Origin: an uncultured Corynebacterium sp.
GTDB lineage: Bacteria; Actinomycetota; Actinomycetes; Mycobacteriales; Mycobacteriaceae
DNA: 64,000 bases
Assembly: GCF_943914615.1 (NCBI RefSeq)
Contig: NZ_CALUCS010000008.1
Coordinates: 2,037 to 66,036, forward strand
Reading direction: 5' to 3'
This document shows, in pieces, positions 1 to 10,487 of the stretch. Within the stretch, counting starts at the first letter, position 1, and each line of letters begins with the position of its first letter. The translations under genes were made by a program, and so were the position numbers. The notes below the pieces were generated by a model. It saw nothing but the letters and a program-made list of their open reading frames with translations, had not been told where the DNA came from and ran no database searches.

Positions 1-1
1 T

Positions 2-1060
2 GTGGGAGGGCTAGTAAGAAAGGACACTTTCAAGGTGACGAATCCTTCTAATACCCCTCCGTCCCGTTTTGTGGCTGGGGCAGTGGATCTGGGGGCCGTA
101 AAGCAGCAGGCCGAGCAGCGGGCGCAGGCGCAGGCTCGCGCCGCTCAGGCCAGCGCCGCCGCTGGAGCGCCGACCGGGCAGCCGGGTGCGGGTGGCAGCG
201 CTGGTGCTGCGGGCGCTGGAGGATCTGCAGCCTTCGTAAGCACCATTACTCCGGAGAACTTCGAGTTTGACCTTGTGGTCCGTTCGACCCAGGTGCCGGT
301 GGTCACGCTATTGGGTTCTGCCCGTTCCGATGCCTCTGAGCAGATGCGCCAGGACTTCACCAAGCTGGCTGAGTCCCAGCAGGCGCCGACCAAGTGGCTC
401 TTCCGTTACGTGGATGTGGACGCCACCCCGGAGGTCGCCCAGGCATTCGGCGTGCAGGCAATCCCTACCGTCATCGCGCTGGCCGCCGGTCGCCCGCTGA
501 CCAACTTCGAGGGCGGCCAGCCCGCCGCGCAGCTGCACGGCTGGGTAGATGCTGTGGTGCAGGCCGTAGACGGCAAGCTGCGCGGCCTGGCTCCGGAGGA
601 AGACCCGGCTAATGCGGCCGGCGGTGGCGCAGGCGCCGACTCGGATGGTGCTGACGCGAACCAGGATGCGGGTGACCCGCGCCTGGCAGCCGCCGCCGAG
701 AAGCTGGAGGCAGAGGATTACGCGGGCGCTATTGCGGAGTATGACGCCATCCTTGCCAACCCCGCCCAGGCCGATGAAGAGCTCGTAGGGGAGGCCCGCG
801 CGGCGCGTGCCAATGCGCTGCTGATGCAGCGCCTGTCCACGGGTGGGGACGAGTTCGCGGAATCCGACCGCCTGCTGCTGGCGGGCGACAAGCCTAAGGC
901 CTTCGACCTACTGATTGAGGAGCTGCGCCCGTCCGCCGAGAGCAGCGCAGATCACAAGAAGCAGGCGAAGGCTCGTCTGCTGGAGCTGTTCAGCTTGTTC
1001 GACCCGGCGGACCCGGAGGTCATCGCGGGCCGCACCCGCATGGCCTCGGCACTGTTCTAG
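2..1060 (+). CDS. Thioredoxin-domain protein with an Ala-rich, TPR-like C-terminal region (YbbN-like co-chaperone); 5' end truncated by the window edge
   Basis: Thioredoxin-fold segment (FEFDLVV...VPVVTLLGSARSDASEQ...YVDVDATPEVAQAFGVQAIPTV) followed by an Ala-rich helical tail. ORF runs off the window at position 2. Confidence 0.65.
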   Translation: MGGLVRKDTFKVTNPSNTPPSRFVAGAVDLGAVKQQAEQRAQAQARAAQASAAAGAPTGQPGAGGSAGAAGAGGSAAFVSTITPENFEFDLVVRSTQVPVVTLLGSARSDASEQMRQDFTKLAESQQAPTKWLFRYVDVDATPEVAQAFGVQAIPTVIALAAGRPLTNFEGGQPAAQLHGWVDAVVQAVDGKLRGLAPEEDPANAAGGGAGADSDGADANQDAGDPRLAAAAEKLEAEDYAGAIAEYDAILANPAQADEELVGEARAARANALLMQRLSTGGDEFAESDRLLLAGDKPKAFDLLIEELRPSAESSADHKKQAKARLLELFSLFDPADPEVIAGRTRMASALF

Positions 1061-1135
1061 GCGCCAGATCCGCCCAGGCTCGGAGGCTGGGCCGGGTCGG
1101 CCCAAGATGCTCCGGCCGCGAGAGCTGAGTCGGGC

Positions 1136-3271
1136 TTAGCCCTCCAGCACGAACCAGCGCGCGGTGTGCGCCGGGATCTGCAGCACGGCGGAGGTGTCCA
1201 TGCCGTGGGAGCCGGTGGGCTCCGTGTGCAGGTCGCCGTTCACGCGCCCGGCGCCCTCGTATTGCACGTCGTCGGTGTTCAACACCTCGCGCCACGTACC
1301 GGCCTGCGGCAGGCCGATGCGGTAGTTCTCCTGGGTGGTGCCCGAGAAGTTAATTACACACGCCAGCTCGCGCCCACGGTGGCGTCGAATAAAGGAAAGA
1401 ACGTTATTCGCCGAGTCGTCGCTGGCGATCCACTGGAAGCCCTCCGGCGCGTGGTCCTGCCCCAGAGCGGGCTCGGAGTGGTAGAGCTTGTTCAGCTGGC
1501 TGGTCAGGGCGCTGATGCCGCGGTGGAACTCGCCCTCCCAGCCTTCGAGGTTGTGCCAGTCCAGGCCGCGGGACTCGTTCCACTCCTCGGTCTGGCCCCA
1601 TTCCTGGCCCTGGAAGAGCAACTTCTTTCCCGGGTGCGCCCACATGAACGCCAGGTAGCTGCGCACCATCGCCGCCTTATCCCAGGCGGAACCGGCGGGC
1701 ATGCGCGACCACAGGGTTCCCTTGCCGTGCACGACCTCATCGTGGCTGATCGGCAGCACGTACTTCTCGGAGTAGGCGTAGACCATCGAGAACGTGATCT
1801 CGTTGTGGTGGTAGCTGCGGTAGGCCGGGTCGCGCTGGATGTATTCCAGGCTGTCGTGCATCCAGCCCATGTTCCACTTCAGGCTGAATCCCAGGCCGCC
1901 CTCGCTGGTGGGGGCAGTCACGCCCGGCCAAGAGGTCGACTCTTCGGCGATAGTCAGCGAGCCCGGGCACTCGCGGTGCACGGTGGCGTTCATTTCCTTC
2001 AGGAAGTCCACCGCATCGAGGTTCTCGCGACCGCCGTACTGGTTCGGCAGCCAATCATCGCGGGAATAATCCAGGTACAACATCGAGGCCACGGCATCCA
2101 CGCGCAGACCGTCGATGTGGAACTCCTTGCACCAGTACAAGGCGTTGGCCACCAGGAAGTTACGCACTTCGTTGCGGCCGAAGTCGAACACGTAGGTGCC
2201 CCAGTCCGGCTGCTCGCCACGGCGCGGATCCGGGTGCTCGTAGCAGGCCTCGCCGTCGAAGCGTCCCAGAGCCCAGCCGTCCTTGGGGAAGTGGCCCGGA
2301 ACCCAGTCCATGATCACACCGATGCCTGCGCGGTGCAGTGAATCGATCAGGTAGCGCAGGTCATCCGGGCCGCCGTAGCGGTTATTCGGCGCGTAGTAGC
2401 TGGTCACCTGGTAGCCCCAGGAGGGCTCGAAGGGATGCTCGGATACACCCATGAGTTCTACGTGGGTGTAGCCCAGCTTCTGTACGTACTCCACCAGCTC
2501 CGCGGCCAGCTCCCGGTAGTTGCGGCCCTTGCGCCAGCTGCCCAGGTGCATTTCGTAGATGCTCATGGTCTCGTCCACGCCCACGGCGGCGCGGTGGGCC
2601 AGCCACTCGTCGTCGCCCCAGGCGTAGTCGCTGTCCGCTACGACGATGGAGGCGGTCGCGGGGGCGGGCTCGGCCAGGCGCGCCATCGGGTCGGCCTTGT
2701 CCAGGCGCACGCCGTCGCCGGTGGTGATGGAGAACTTGTAGTGCGCCCCGGCGCCCACGCTGGGGATCCACAGCTCCCAGATGCCGCTGCTGCCCAGCGC
2801 GCGCATGGGGTGCTGGTTAGCGTTCCAGCCGTTGAAGTCACCGATCACGGAAACGCCCGCGGCATGCGGCGCCCACACGGAAAAAGCCACGCCACCGCCC
2901 AGCACGTGGGCGCCGAGGACCTTCCACAGCTCCTCGTGCCGGCCCTCGCCGATGAGGTAGCGATCCAGGTCGCCGACGGTAGGCAAACGCCGATAGGGGT
3001 CCTCCAGGGTGGCGGTGGTGCCGCCGGCCCAGTTGACCTCGAAGACGTAGGTGTCTACGAAGTAGTCCACCGTCGCGGTGAATAGCGCCGGATATTCCGC
3101 TGCCGCCTCCATCTGCACCGGCTCGCCGCCGTTGATGCGCACAGCGACGGACTCCGCCCCGCACTGGACAGTGCGGATGGTGGTGGTGCCGTCACTGTTT
3201 TCGTGTGCCCCAAGTACGTCGTGTGGGGCGTGGTGCCTACGTTCTGCGAGCCGGAGGTAATCGTGGTTCAT
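1136..3271 (-). CDS. glgB: 1,4-alpha-glucan branching enzyme
   Basis: 711-aa GH13 branching-enzyme sequence (N-terminal [14 protein letters not shown]..., catalytic GH13 motifs). Convergent with the upstream thioredoxin gene. Confidence 0.9.
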   Translation of the reverse strand: MNHDYLRLAERRHHAPHDVLGAHENSDGTTTIRTVQCGAESVAVRINGGEPVQMEAAAEYPALFTATVDYFVDTYVFEVNWAGGTTATLEDPYRRLPTVGDLDRYLIGEGRHEELWKVLGAHVLGGGVAFSVWAPHAAGVSVIGDFNGWNANQHPMRALGSSGIWELWIPSVGAGAHYKFSITTGDGVRLDKADPMARLAEPAPATASIVVADSDYAWGDDEWLAHRAAVGVDETMSIYEMHLGSWRKGRNYRELAAELVEYVQKLGYTHVELMGVSEHPFEPSWGYQVTSYYAPNNRYGGPDDLRYLIDSLHRAGIGVIMDWVPGHFPKDGWALGRFDGEACYEHPDPRRGEQPDWGTYVFDFGRNEVRNFLVANALYWCKEFHIDGLRVDAVASMLYLDYSRDDWLPNQYGGRENLDAVDFLKEMNATVHRECPGSLTIAEESTSWPGVTAPTSEGGLGFSLKWNMGWMHDSLEYIQRDPAYRSYHHNEITFSMVYAYSEKYVLPISHDEVVHGKGTLWSRMPAGSAWDKAAMVRSYLAFMWAHPGKKLLFQGQEWGQTEEWNESRGLDWHNLEGWEGEFHRGISALTSQLNKLYHSEPALGQDHAPEGFQWIASDDSANNVLSFIRRHRGRELACVINFSGTTQENYRIGLPQAGTWREVLNTDDVQYEGAGRVNGDLHTEPTGSHGMDTSAVLQIPAHTARWFVLEG

Positions 3272-3282
3272 ACCCGCCGATT

Positions 3283-5307
3283 CTACCTGCGGGGATCGTA
3301 TTCTTCCTGGGCTCGCATGCAGGCTCGTTCTCGCTCACCCTCACCAAGGGTGGGCAGTCGGAAGATGTGCGCAACCTGGAAATCCGGATCCAGGCGCACG
3401 TAGTTGCTGGCGCCCCAGGTGTAGGTCTGGTTTGTCGGCAGGTCTGTGACCTCGAAGTGCGCATCCTCCGGCGCGCCCAGGCCGAGCGCTTCGGTATCCA
3501 GGTTCACAGACCCCTCAACAATCGCGTTGGGGTTCAGGTTCACCACCACGAGCACCGCGTTGCCGGTGACACCGTCGACCTTCGAGTAGGCGAGGAGGTC
3601 GTCGCTCGTTGTTTCGTGTAAGCGCAGGGTGCGCTGTTGCTGCAATGCCGGGTTTTCTTGACGCCACAGGTTCAGATCCCTGATCCATTCAGCGCAGTTG
3701 TCCACGGAGTAGTCGCGCGGACGCAGCTCGTACTTCTCGGAGTCCAGGTACTCCTCCGAGCCTGCGTGAACCGGCGTGGATTCGTAGAGCTCAAAGCCGG
3801 AATACACACCCCACAGCGGGGAGAGGGTGGAGGCCAGGGCAGCGCGGATGGCGAACATGGCCTTCCCACCGGTCTGCAGGGATTCGTGCAGGATGTCCGG
3901 GGTGTTGACGAACAGATTCGGGCGGAAGACATCGGCGTAGTTGGCTATGTCCCCGGCGAATTCCTCCAGCTCCTCCTTGGTGGTCTTCCAGGTGAAGTAG
4001 CTGTAGGACTGCGTGAATCCCGCCTTGGCCAGGCCGTAGAGGCGCGGCGGGCGGGTGAAAGCCTCAGATAGAAAGACCACGTCCGGATCGGTGGCGTGGA
4101 CCTCGGCGATCAACCACTGCCAGAAGTTCGTGGGCTTGGTGTGCGGGTTGTCCACGCGGAAGATGCGTACGCCGCGGCCGATCCATAGGCGCACTACCTT
4201 CAGTACCTCGCGGTACAGGCCCTCCGGGTCGTTGTCGAAGTTCAGCGGGTAGATGTCCTGGTACTTCTTCGGCGGGTTTTCGGCGTAGGCGATGGTGCCG
4301 TCCGGCAGCACGGTGAACCACTCCGGGTGCTCCTTAGCCCACGGGTGGTCGGGGGCGCACTGCAGCGCCAGGTCCAGGGCGACCTTAAGGCCTTGGTCGT
4401 TGGCTGCGGCGACGAAGTTTTCAAAGTCCTCGACGGTGCCGAGGCGCGGGTGCACGGCCTCGTGGCCGCCGTCCTTGGAGCCGATGGCCCACGGGGAGCC
4501 GACGTCCTCCGGGGTGGGGGTCAGGGTGTTGTTCTTTCCCTTGCGGTTGATCTCGCCGATCGGGTGGATCGGCGGCAGGTACAAAACGTCGAAGCCCATG
4601 TCCGCGATACGCGGCAGGTCCGCGGCAGCGGTGGCGAAGGTGCCGTGCACCGGGTTGCCGTCGGCATCCCAGCCGCCGGTGGAGCGGGGAAACATTTCGT
4701 ACCAGGCACCCACGCCGGCGGTTTTCTCCTCCACCAGCACGTGGAACTCCGGGCCGCGGGTCAGCAGGTCGCGCAGCGGGCGTTTGTCCAAGGCCTCCTT
4801 GATCTCCGGGGAAAGGGCGGTGGCCAGGCGCTCGTCGATGCTCAAAGACTCATCGCGCAGCTGGCCGGGCACGGAGGCCACCAGCTCCCGGTGCTTACGG
4901 GAGGCCTTCTCCGCTGCCCGCTCGAACAGGCGCGCGCCGAGCTCAAAATCGTTGGCCAGGGCCTGGGCATCCTGGCCCGCGGCTACCTTCTTGGTGATTG
5001 CGTTGAACCATGTGGCCGCTGGATCCGACCAGGCGTCAACACGAAAGGTCCACATACCCGGCACATCCGGAACGAACACGGCATGGCGGCGATCGACGTC
5101 CTCGGGATCCGGCGACATCGTGATCTTCGCACGCCCTCCCTCGGCCCCGGCGGGACGACGGACGACGAGGGTGGCAGAAATAGCGTCGTGCCCCTCGCGC
5201 CAGACACTCGCGCTGACCGGGAACACCTGGCCGACGATGGCCTTGGCGGGAGTGGCTCCGTGGGAGATGACGGGGGAGATGCAGTCGATGCCGAGGCGGC
5301 CGGTCAT
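3283..5307 (-). CDS. glgE: Alpha-1,4-glucan:maltose-1-phosphate maltosyltransferase
   Basis: 675-aa GlgE-like GH13 protein starting [23 protein letters not shown]. The ATG at 5307 is preceded by AAGGAG. The ORF-track extension to 5784 lacks similarity and is rejected. Confidence 0.85.
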   Translation of the reverse strand: MTGRLGIDCISPVISHGATPAKAIVGQVFPVSASVWREGHDAISATLVVRRPAGAEGGRAKITMSPDPEDVDRRHAVFVPDVPGMWTFRVDAWSDPAATWFNAITKKVAAGQDAQALANDFELGARLFERAAEKASRKHRELVASVPGQLRDESLSIDERLATALSPEIKEALDKRPLRDLLTRGPEFHVLVEEKTAGVGAWYEMFPRSTGGWDADGNPVHGTFATAAADLPRIADMGFDVLYLPPIHPIGEINRKGKNNTLTPTPEDVGSPWAIGSKDGGHEAVHPRLGTVEDFENFVAAANDQGLKVALDLALQCAPDHPWAKEHPEWFTVLPDGTIAYAENPPKKYQDIYPLNFDNDPEGLYREVLKVVRLWIGRGVRIFRVDNPHTKPTNFWQWLIAEVHATDPDVVFLSEAFTRPPRLYGLAKAGFTQSYSYFTWKTTKEELEEFAGDIANYADVFRPNLFVNTPDILHESLQTGGKAMFAIRAALASTLSPLWGVYSGFELYESTPVHAGSEEYLDSEKYELRPRDYSVDNCAEWIRDLNLWRQENPALQQQRTLRLHETTSDDLLAYSKVDGVTGNAVLVVVNLNPNAIVEGSVNLDTEALGLGAPEDAHFEVTDLPTNQTYTWGASNYVRLDPDFQVAHIFRLPTLGEGERERACMRAQEEYDPRR

Positions 5308-5434
5308 GGTGGAAGCTCCTTTAGATGGCAGTGGGGGATCCGTTGGCAGTTCACATTGGTGCTTACACAGCAAGCCTATGTTGTTGGCACACTTCGCGCG
5401 GATCTTGAGGCACCATGGGGGAGTGAGCGAGAAC

Positions 5435-6340
5435 GTGACGAACTTGATTTCCACCCCGGCCACCGCGCAGGCCGACGAGGACGACCTGATCGTAAACATG
5501 CGCAACGTCTCCGTCGTACGCGACGGGCGGGCCATCCTCGCGCCTATGGATTGGCAGGTGGAGCTGGACGAACGCTGGATCATCGTCGGCCCCAACGGGG
5601 CGGGCAAGACCACCTTGATGCGCCTGGCGTCGGCACAGATGTTCCCGACCACTGGCACCGTGAAGCTCATCGGCGAGCAGGTGGGCAAGGTGGACCTGCG
5701 CGAGCTACGCACCGCCATCGGCATGAGCTCCTCGGCGCTGGCGCAGCGCGTGCCGGGGGATGAGAAGGTCGCGGACATCGTCATCTCCGCCGGTTATGAC
5801 GTGCTGGGCCGCTGGCGGGAAGACTACGACGAGCTGGACTACGAGCGCGCCATCGAGATCCTGGAAACCGTCGGCGCCTACCACCTGGCCGAGCAGACCT
5901 GGAGGACCTTAAGCGAAGGCGAACGCAAGCGCGTGTTGATCGCCCGCGCCCTGATGAACGACCCAGAACTACTACTGCTGGACGAGCCGGGCGCGGGCCT
6001 GGACCTCGGCAGCCGCGAGGACTTGGTGGCGCTGCTGTCAGACCTGGCGGCAGATGCGGACTCCCCGGCGATCGTGATGATCACCCACCACGTGGAGGAA
6101 ATCCCGCCGGGGTTCACCCACGCTCTGCTGCTGGACGAGGGTGAGGTCGTGGCCCAGGGAATCCTGGAAGACGTAATGACCAGCGAGAACCTTACCCGTA
6201 CCTTCCACCAGCCCATCGAAGTCAAACACGAGGACGGCCGCTGGTTCGCCCGCCGCAGCCGCCAGCGCCGAGGCAGCCACCGTTCCGGTGGAGCCAGTAG
6301 CGCCAATGGAGCCGGCCACCGCCGACAGGAAGATCGGTAG
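5435..6340 (+). CDS. ABC transporter ATP-binding protein
   Basis: Walker [11 protein letters not shown], signature [15 protein letters not shown], Walker [14 protein letters not shown]-loop MITHH. Start is uncertain: GTG 5423 or 5435, or ATG 5498. The long upstream ORF-track extension is antisense to glgE. Confidence 0.7.
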   Translation: MTNLISTPATAQADEDDLIVNMRNVSVVRDGRAILAPMDWQVELDERWIIVGPNGAGKTTLMRLASAQMFPTTGTVKLIGEQVGKVDLRELRTAIGMSSSALAQRVPGDEKVADIVISAGYDVLGRWREDYDELDYERAIEILETVGAYHLAEQTWRTLSEGERKRVLIARALMNDPELLLLDEPGAGLDLGSREDLVALLSDLAADADSPAIVMITHHVEEIPPGFTHALLLDEGEVVAQGILEDVMTSENLTRTFHQPIEVKHEDGRWFARRSRQRRGSHRSGGASSANGAGHRRQEDR

Positions 6341-6350
6341 ACTCTGACGC

Positions 6351-7262
6351 ATGAAGGAAAACCGTTTGGGCCCAGTGCAGCCACGTCACGCGTCAACGGT
6401 GATTCTGTTGCGCGACACGTTGTCGGGGATCGAGGTGTACGTCCAGGAGCGCGCCTCGACCATGAAGTTCTGCGCGGAGATGACGGTTTTCCCAGGCGGC
6501 GGTGTGGATTCCAGAGACATGCCGGGAGACGTCGACGGCGATGGCCACATGTCGCCGGCCATCAATTGGCAGGGTGCGGAGGTCAAGTGGTGGGCCAAGC
6601 GCCTGCAGAAACCGGAATCCATGGCTCGCGCCCTGGTCTGTGCCGCGGTGCGCGAGACCTTCGAGGAGTGCGGCACGCTGCTGGCCACCCACCGCGATGG
6701 CTCACCAGTCGTGGACACCACGCCCTACCAGGAGGAACGCAAGCTGCTGGAGAACCACCAGCTGAGCTTCTCCGACTTCATGAGCAACAACAATCTGGTC
6801 TTGCGCTCTGATCTGCTGCGTCCCTGGGCCAACTGGGTTACTCCAGTGGAGCAGCCGATCCGCTACGACACGGCCTTTTTCGTGGCCGCCATGCCGGAGG
6901 GGCAGGAGACGCGGGCTGATACTCCGGAAGCCACTTCGACGGGTTGGTTCCGTCCCTCCACGCTGCTGGACGGGTGGCGCTCCCGCAAGATTTCCCTGAT
7001 GCCGCCGACGTGGGCACAGCTGAAGTTGCTGGATACCTTCCGCACCGTCGAAGAGGTGTTGGATTTTTCCTCCAGCCTCTCCGTTGATCCGGTGCTCGAG
7101 GAGCCCGTCGACGAGCCGTACATGGCCGAGTACTACCTGATGGAACAGCAGATGTACGGCGCGCCCGCCCGCCAGTTCGCGCCGGGCATGAAGTTCGTCG
7201 TGGACCCCGCCGAGATGCCGGAGAACCCTTTCGCCATCCGCCCCGACTCCTACGAGCAGTAG
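6351..7262 (+). CDS. NUDIX-family hydrolase
   Basis: Nudix-like core (FPGGGVD...RETFEECG) in a 303-aa protein. Confidence 0.6.
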   Translation: MKENRLGPVQPRHASTVILLRDTLSGIEVYVQERASTMKFCAEMTVFPGGGVDSRDMPGDVDGDGHMSPAINWQGAEVKWWAKRLQKPESMARALVCAAVRETFEECGTLLATHRDGSPVVDTTPYQEERKLLENHQLSFSDFMSNNNLVLRSDLLRPWANWVTPVEQPIRYDTAFFVAAMPEGQETRADTPEATSTGWFRPSTLLDGWRSRKISLMPPTWAQLKLLDTFRTVEEVLDFSSSLSVDPVLEEPVDEPYMAEYYLMEQQMYGAPARQFAPGMKFVVDPAEMPENPFAIRPDSYEQ

Positions 7263-7275
7263 GGCATCCGCAAGC

Positions 7276-8505
7276 ATGGCCTTTTCTGTTGCCGAGCTGG
7301 ATTTTCTGCTCGCCGATTGTGCCGCCGGCTCGCCCCTTATTAATGACGCCACTACGTATCAATTGACCAAGAAATCCCTCGTGCAGGACCTTTCCCACCT
7401 GCGCAAGGCACACGGTGAGCACGCTCGCGCCCTGGTGGAACTGGTGCAGGCCCGCCGCGCGGGCAAGCTGCCGAAGAACTGGCTGATGGATAGCGAATCG
7501 GTTCAGCAGGCCACCCCGCCGGTGGTCGCCGCATGGCGTGCGGAGGTGTTGAAAGCCGCCGGGGTGGAGGCCGCCGTGGATGTCACCTGCAGCATCGGCA
7601 CCGAGCTGCACGCACTCTCTGCTGCGGGCCTGCGCGTGCTGGGCGGGGATCTGGACCACCAGCGCCTGCGGATGGCTCGTTTCAACGTGCCGGAGGCTCC
7701 GGTTGTGCGCATGGATGCGCTGCGCCCCGCCTTCGCCAGTGACCTGAAATCCGGCACACTGACATTCGGCGCGCTGAAGTCCGGCGTGGTGGTGGCGGAC
7801 CCTGCACGCCGGAACTCCTCGGGGCGCATCGCCAAGTTGGAAGACCTGCAGCCGTCGCTGCCGACGCTCATGGACTGCTACGACAAACTGGTGGTCAAGT
7901 GCGCGCCGGGTATCGACTACTCCGAGTTCGACGGTCACGTGGAAGTCGTTTCCGTCGACGGGGGAGTAAAGGAGACGTGTTTATATTCACCCGCGATCCT
8001 CGGGCGAGGGCGCCGGGCGGTGGTGATGGGGGCGTCATCAGTTAAAGAAACAGTGACAAGCGACGAACCCGAGGCGAACCGCGTGGGTGGGGCAGGGCGC
8101 TACATCGTGGACCCCGATGGTGCCATCGTGCGCGCCGGGCTGGTGCGCCAGTACGCGGCGCGGCACGGGCTGTGGCAACTGGACCCGCACATCGCCTACC
8201 TGACCGGCGACGAGCTGCCCGCGGGCGTGCGCGGCTTTGAGATTGTCGAGGAAGTGCCGCTGAAGAAGGCGCGGCCCGCTTTGGCCGGACTGGGCGCCAA
8301 GAGCGTGGAAATCCTCGTGCGCGGCGTGGATGTGGATCCCGATGACCTGCGAAAGAAGTGGAAGTTGAAGAAGGGCAGCGCGGGCGCAAGCGGTGCCGGA
8401 GCGGCGGATTCCGCCTATTCAGTGGTGGTCACGCGCATCGGTGAGGGCGGCGCCGCCAAGGCTGTGGCCTTTATCTGTAGAGCCCGCCGCAGCTCGCGGG
8501 GGTAG
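7276..8505 (+). CDS. Class I SAM-dependent methyltransferase, conserved next to etfBA in Corynebacteriales
   Basis: 409 aa with a methyltransferase-fold central region (VDVTCSIGTELHALSAAGLRVLGGDLD). Contains an internal AT-rich rare-codon segment at 7975-8065; see findings. Confidence 0.55.
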   Translation: MAFSVAELDFLLADCAAGSPLINDATTYQLTKKSLVQDLSHLRKAHGEHARALVELVQARRAGKLPKNWLMDSESVQQATPPVVAAWRAEVLKAAGVEAAVDVTCSIGTELHALSAAGLRVLGGDLDHQRLRMARFNVPEAPVVRMDALRPAFASDLKSGTLTFGALKSGVVVADPARRNSSGRIAKLEDLQPSLPTLMDCYDKLVVKCAPGIDYSEFDGHVEVVSVDGGVKETCLYSPAILGRGRRAVVMGASSVKETVTSDEPEANRVGGAGRYIVDPDGAIVRAGLVRQYAARHGLWQLDPHIAYLTGDELPAGVRGFEIVEEVPLKKARPALAGLGAKSVEILVRGVDVDPDDLRKKWKLKKGSAGASGAGAADSAYSVVVTRIGEGGAAKAVAFICRARRSSRG

Positions 8506-8597
8506 TTCTAAAACAATATAAGAAATTTGTGGCGGTGGTCACCTGGTGGTAGGTACTATGGTGCCAAATCACAATACCCAAGCAGGAAGGTCAACGA

Positions 8598-9386
8598 ATG
8601 TCGAACATCGTTGTTCTGGTTAAGCAGGTGCCGGACACCTACTCCGAGCGCAAGCTCACCGACGATGACTTCACCCTCGACCGCGACAGTGCAGACGCTG
8701 TCCTGGACGAAATTAACGAGAACGCTGTTGAGGCTGCACTGCAGCTGAAGGAAGCAGACAGCTCCCGCAACGTCATCGTTCTGTCCGTCGGCCCGGAGCG
8801 CGCAACCGAGGCGCTGCGTAAGGCACTGTCCCTGGGCTGCGACGAGGCCAAGCTGGTTGTCGACGAGAACCTGGCTGGCTCCGACGCACTGGGCACCGCA
8901 TGGACCCTGTCCAACGCCCTGAACCAGATCGAGGACATCGAGCTGATTATCGCCGGTAACGCCTCCACCGACGGTGGCGCTGGCTCCATCCCGGGCCTGC
9001 TGGCTGAGTACCGCCAGATCCCGGCTCTGACGCACATGGAAGAGCTGAGCGTTGAGGGTGGCAAGGTCACCGGTAAGCGCGTTACCGAGGAAGGCGTGTT
9101 CGGCCTGGAGGCTCCGACCCCGGCCATCGTGTCTGTGACTGAGAAGTCCAACACCCCGCGCTTCGCTGCCTTCAAGGGCATCATGGCTGCCAAGAAGAAG
9201 ACCATCGAAGAGCTCTCTCTGGAAGAGATCGGCGTGGACGCTGCAAACGTTGGCCTGGCAAACGCCACCACCTCCGTTTCCGCTTCCACCCCGAAGCCGC
9301 CGAAGTCGGCTGGTGAGATCGTCAACGACGAGGGCGAGGGCGGCAAGCAGCTGGTCGAGTTCCTGGTCAAGGAAAAGCTGGTTTAA
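8598..9386 (+). CDS. etfB: Electron transfer flavoprotein beta subunit
   Basis: MSNIVVLVKQVPDTYSERKL... is a typical EtfB/FixA N-terminus. RBS GGAAGG upstream of the ATG. Confidence 0.9.
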   Translation: MSNIVVLVKQVPDTYSERKLTDDDFTLDRDSADAVLDEINENAVEAALQLKEADSSRNVIVLSVGPERATEALRKALSLGCDEAKLVVDENLAGSDALGTAWTLSNALNQIEDIELIIAGNASTDGGAGSIPGLLAEYRQIPALTHMEELSVEGGKVTGKRVTEEGVFGLEAPTPAIVSVTEKSNTPRFAAFKGIMAAKKKTIEELSLEEIGVDAANVGLANATTSVSASTPKPPKSAGEIVNDEGEGGKQLVEFLVKEKLV

Positions 9387-9407
9387 GGGAAGTAGGGATT
9401 TAAGGAC

Positions 9408-10361
9408 ATGACCAACGTACTAGTACTGGTTGAGCACGGTGAGGGTCAGCTGAAGAACTCCACCGTCGAGCTGATCACCGCTGCACGCGTGTTCGGCACC
9501 GTCGGCGCCGTTGTTGTTGGCGCTCCCGGCACCACCGAGAAGCTGCAGGGCGCACTGGCCGAGGCTGGCGCAGAAACCATCTACGCCGCAGAGTCCGATC
9601 AGGCAGAGTCCCTGCTGGTTACCCCGGAGGTCGACGCACTGTCCGGCCTGGCAGCACAGCTGCAGGTTCCGGTTATCGTCTCTGCTACCGCAACCGGCAA
9701 CGAAGTTGCAGGCCGCGTAGGCGCCCGCGTTGCTTCCGGTGTTCTGTACAACACCAGCAGCATCACCGCCGAGAAGTCCGCTGAGATCAGCATTTTCGGT
9801 GGCGCTTACACCGTTACCGCTTCCGCCGCTGGCGCATCCCCGGTCTTCACCCTGGCCCCGGGCTCCCTGGATCCGGAGCCGCAGGCTGCCGCTGGCAACG
9901 TCCAGCAGGTTGAGCTGCCGGCTGCTGGCCCGACCGCCGTCACCATCACCTCCTTCGCTCCGGCTGAGGCTGGCGACCGTCCGGACCTGACCGAGGCCAA
10001 CATCGTGGTCTCCGGTGGCCGTGGTGTGGGTGGCTCCGAGGGCTTCACCGACGTTGTCGAGCCGCTGGCCGACGTCATGGGTGCCGCTGTTGGTGCTTCC
10101 CGTGCGGCTGTGGACGCAGACTACTACCCGGGCAAGTTCCAGGTCGGTCAGACCGGTGTTACGGTTTCCCCGAACCTGTACATCGCACTGGGTATCTCCG
10201 GTGCTATCCAGCACAAGGCTGGTATGCAGACCTCCAAGACCATCGTTGCTGTGAACAAGGACGAAGAGGCTTCCATCTTCGAGATCGCAGACTTCGGTGT
10301 TGTCGGCGACCTGTTCAAGGTTGCTCCGCAGGCTACCGAGGAGCTGAAGAACCGCAAGTAG
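9408..10361 (+). CDS. etfA: Electron transfer flavoprotein alpha subunit
   Basis: [15 protein letters not shown]... and a C-terminal FAD-binding region ([24 protein letters not shown]). Follows etfB by 21 bp. Confidence 0.9.
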   Translation: MTNVLVLVEHGEGQLKNSTVELITAARVFGTVGAVVVGAPGTTEKLQGALAEAGAETIYAAESDQAESLLVTPEVDALSGLAAQLQVPVIVSATATGNEVAGRVGARVASGVLYNTSSITAEKSAEISIFGGAYTVTASAAGASPVFTLAPGSLDPEPQAAAGNVQQVELPAAGPTAVTITSFAPAEAGDRPDLTEANIVVSGGRGVGGSEGFTDVVEPLADVMGAAVGASRAAVDADYYPGKFQVGQTGVTVSPNLYIALGISGAIQHKAGMQTSKTIVAVNKDEEASIFEIADFGVVGDLFKVAPQATEELKNRK

Positions 10362-10423
10362 TTCTTCGCCCTAGGCTTTAAAGCCGCCCTGTTGCCACTA
10401 CTGGCGCGGGCGGCAGCCATTAA

Positions 10424-10473
10424 CCGGCGCTCTTTCGCTTAGCTTTACGCTGGCGGGAGGCGCCGGTTTTTTA
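10424..10473 (+). terminator. Putative rho-independent terminator after etfA
   Basis: CCGGCGC ... GCGCCGG stem followed by TTTTTT (10467-10472). Confidence 0.45.
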
Positions 10474-10487
10474 CGCCCTGTTCGGTG

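Noticed and set aside
1166-2341. 391-aa + strand ORF antisense to glgB
   Set aside because: Entirely inside the well-supported glgB CDS on the opposite strand. Arg/Ala/Gly-rich, typical shadow ORF of a high-GC genome.
4292-5430. 5' half of the 682-aa + strand ORF (and the 4327..5763 ORF) overlapping glgE
   Set aside because: Antisense to glgE and without motifs. Only the 3' portion, from about 5435, has the ABC-ATPase domain and is the real gene.
5308-5784. N-terminal 159-aa extension of glgE in the ORF track
   Set aside because: No GlgE similarity and Ser/Cys-rich. The ATG at 5307 has an AAGGAG RBS and yields the conserved [10 protein letters not shown]-terminus.
6838-7938. 366-aa minus-strand ORF
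   Set aside because: Antisense to the NUDIX and methyltransferase genes; Arg/Ala/Gly-rich shadow ORF.
8639-10214. Minus-strand ORFs 8639..9370 and 9420..10214
   Set aside because: Antisense to etfB and etfA, which have unmistakable ETF motifs.
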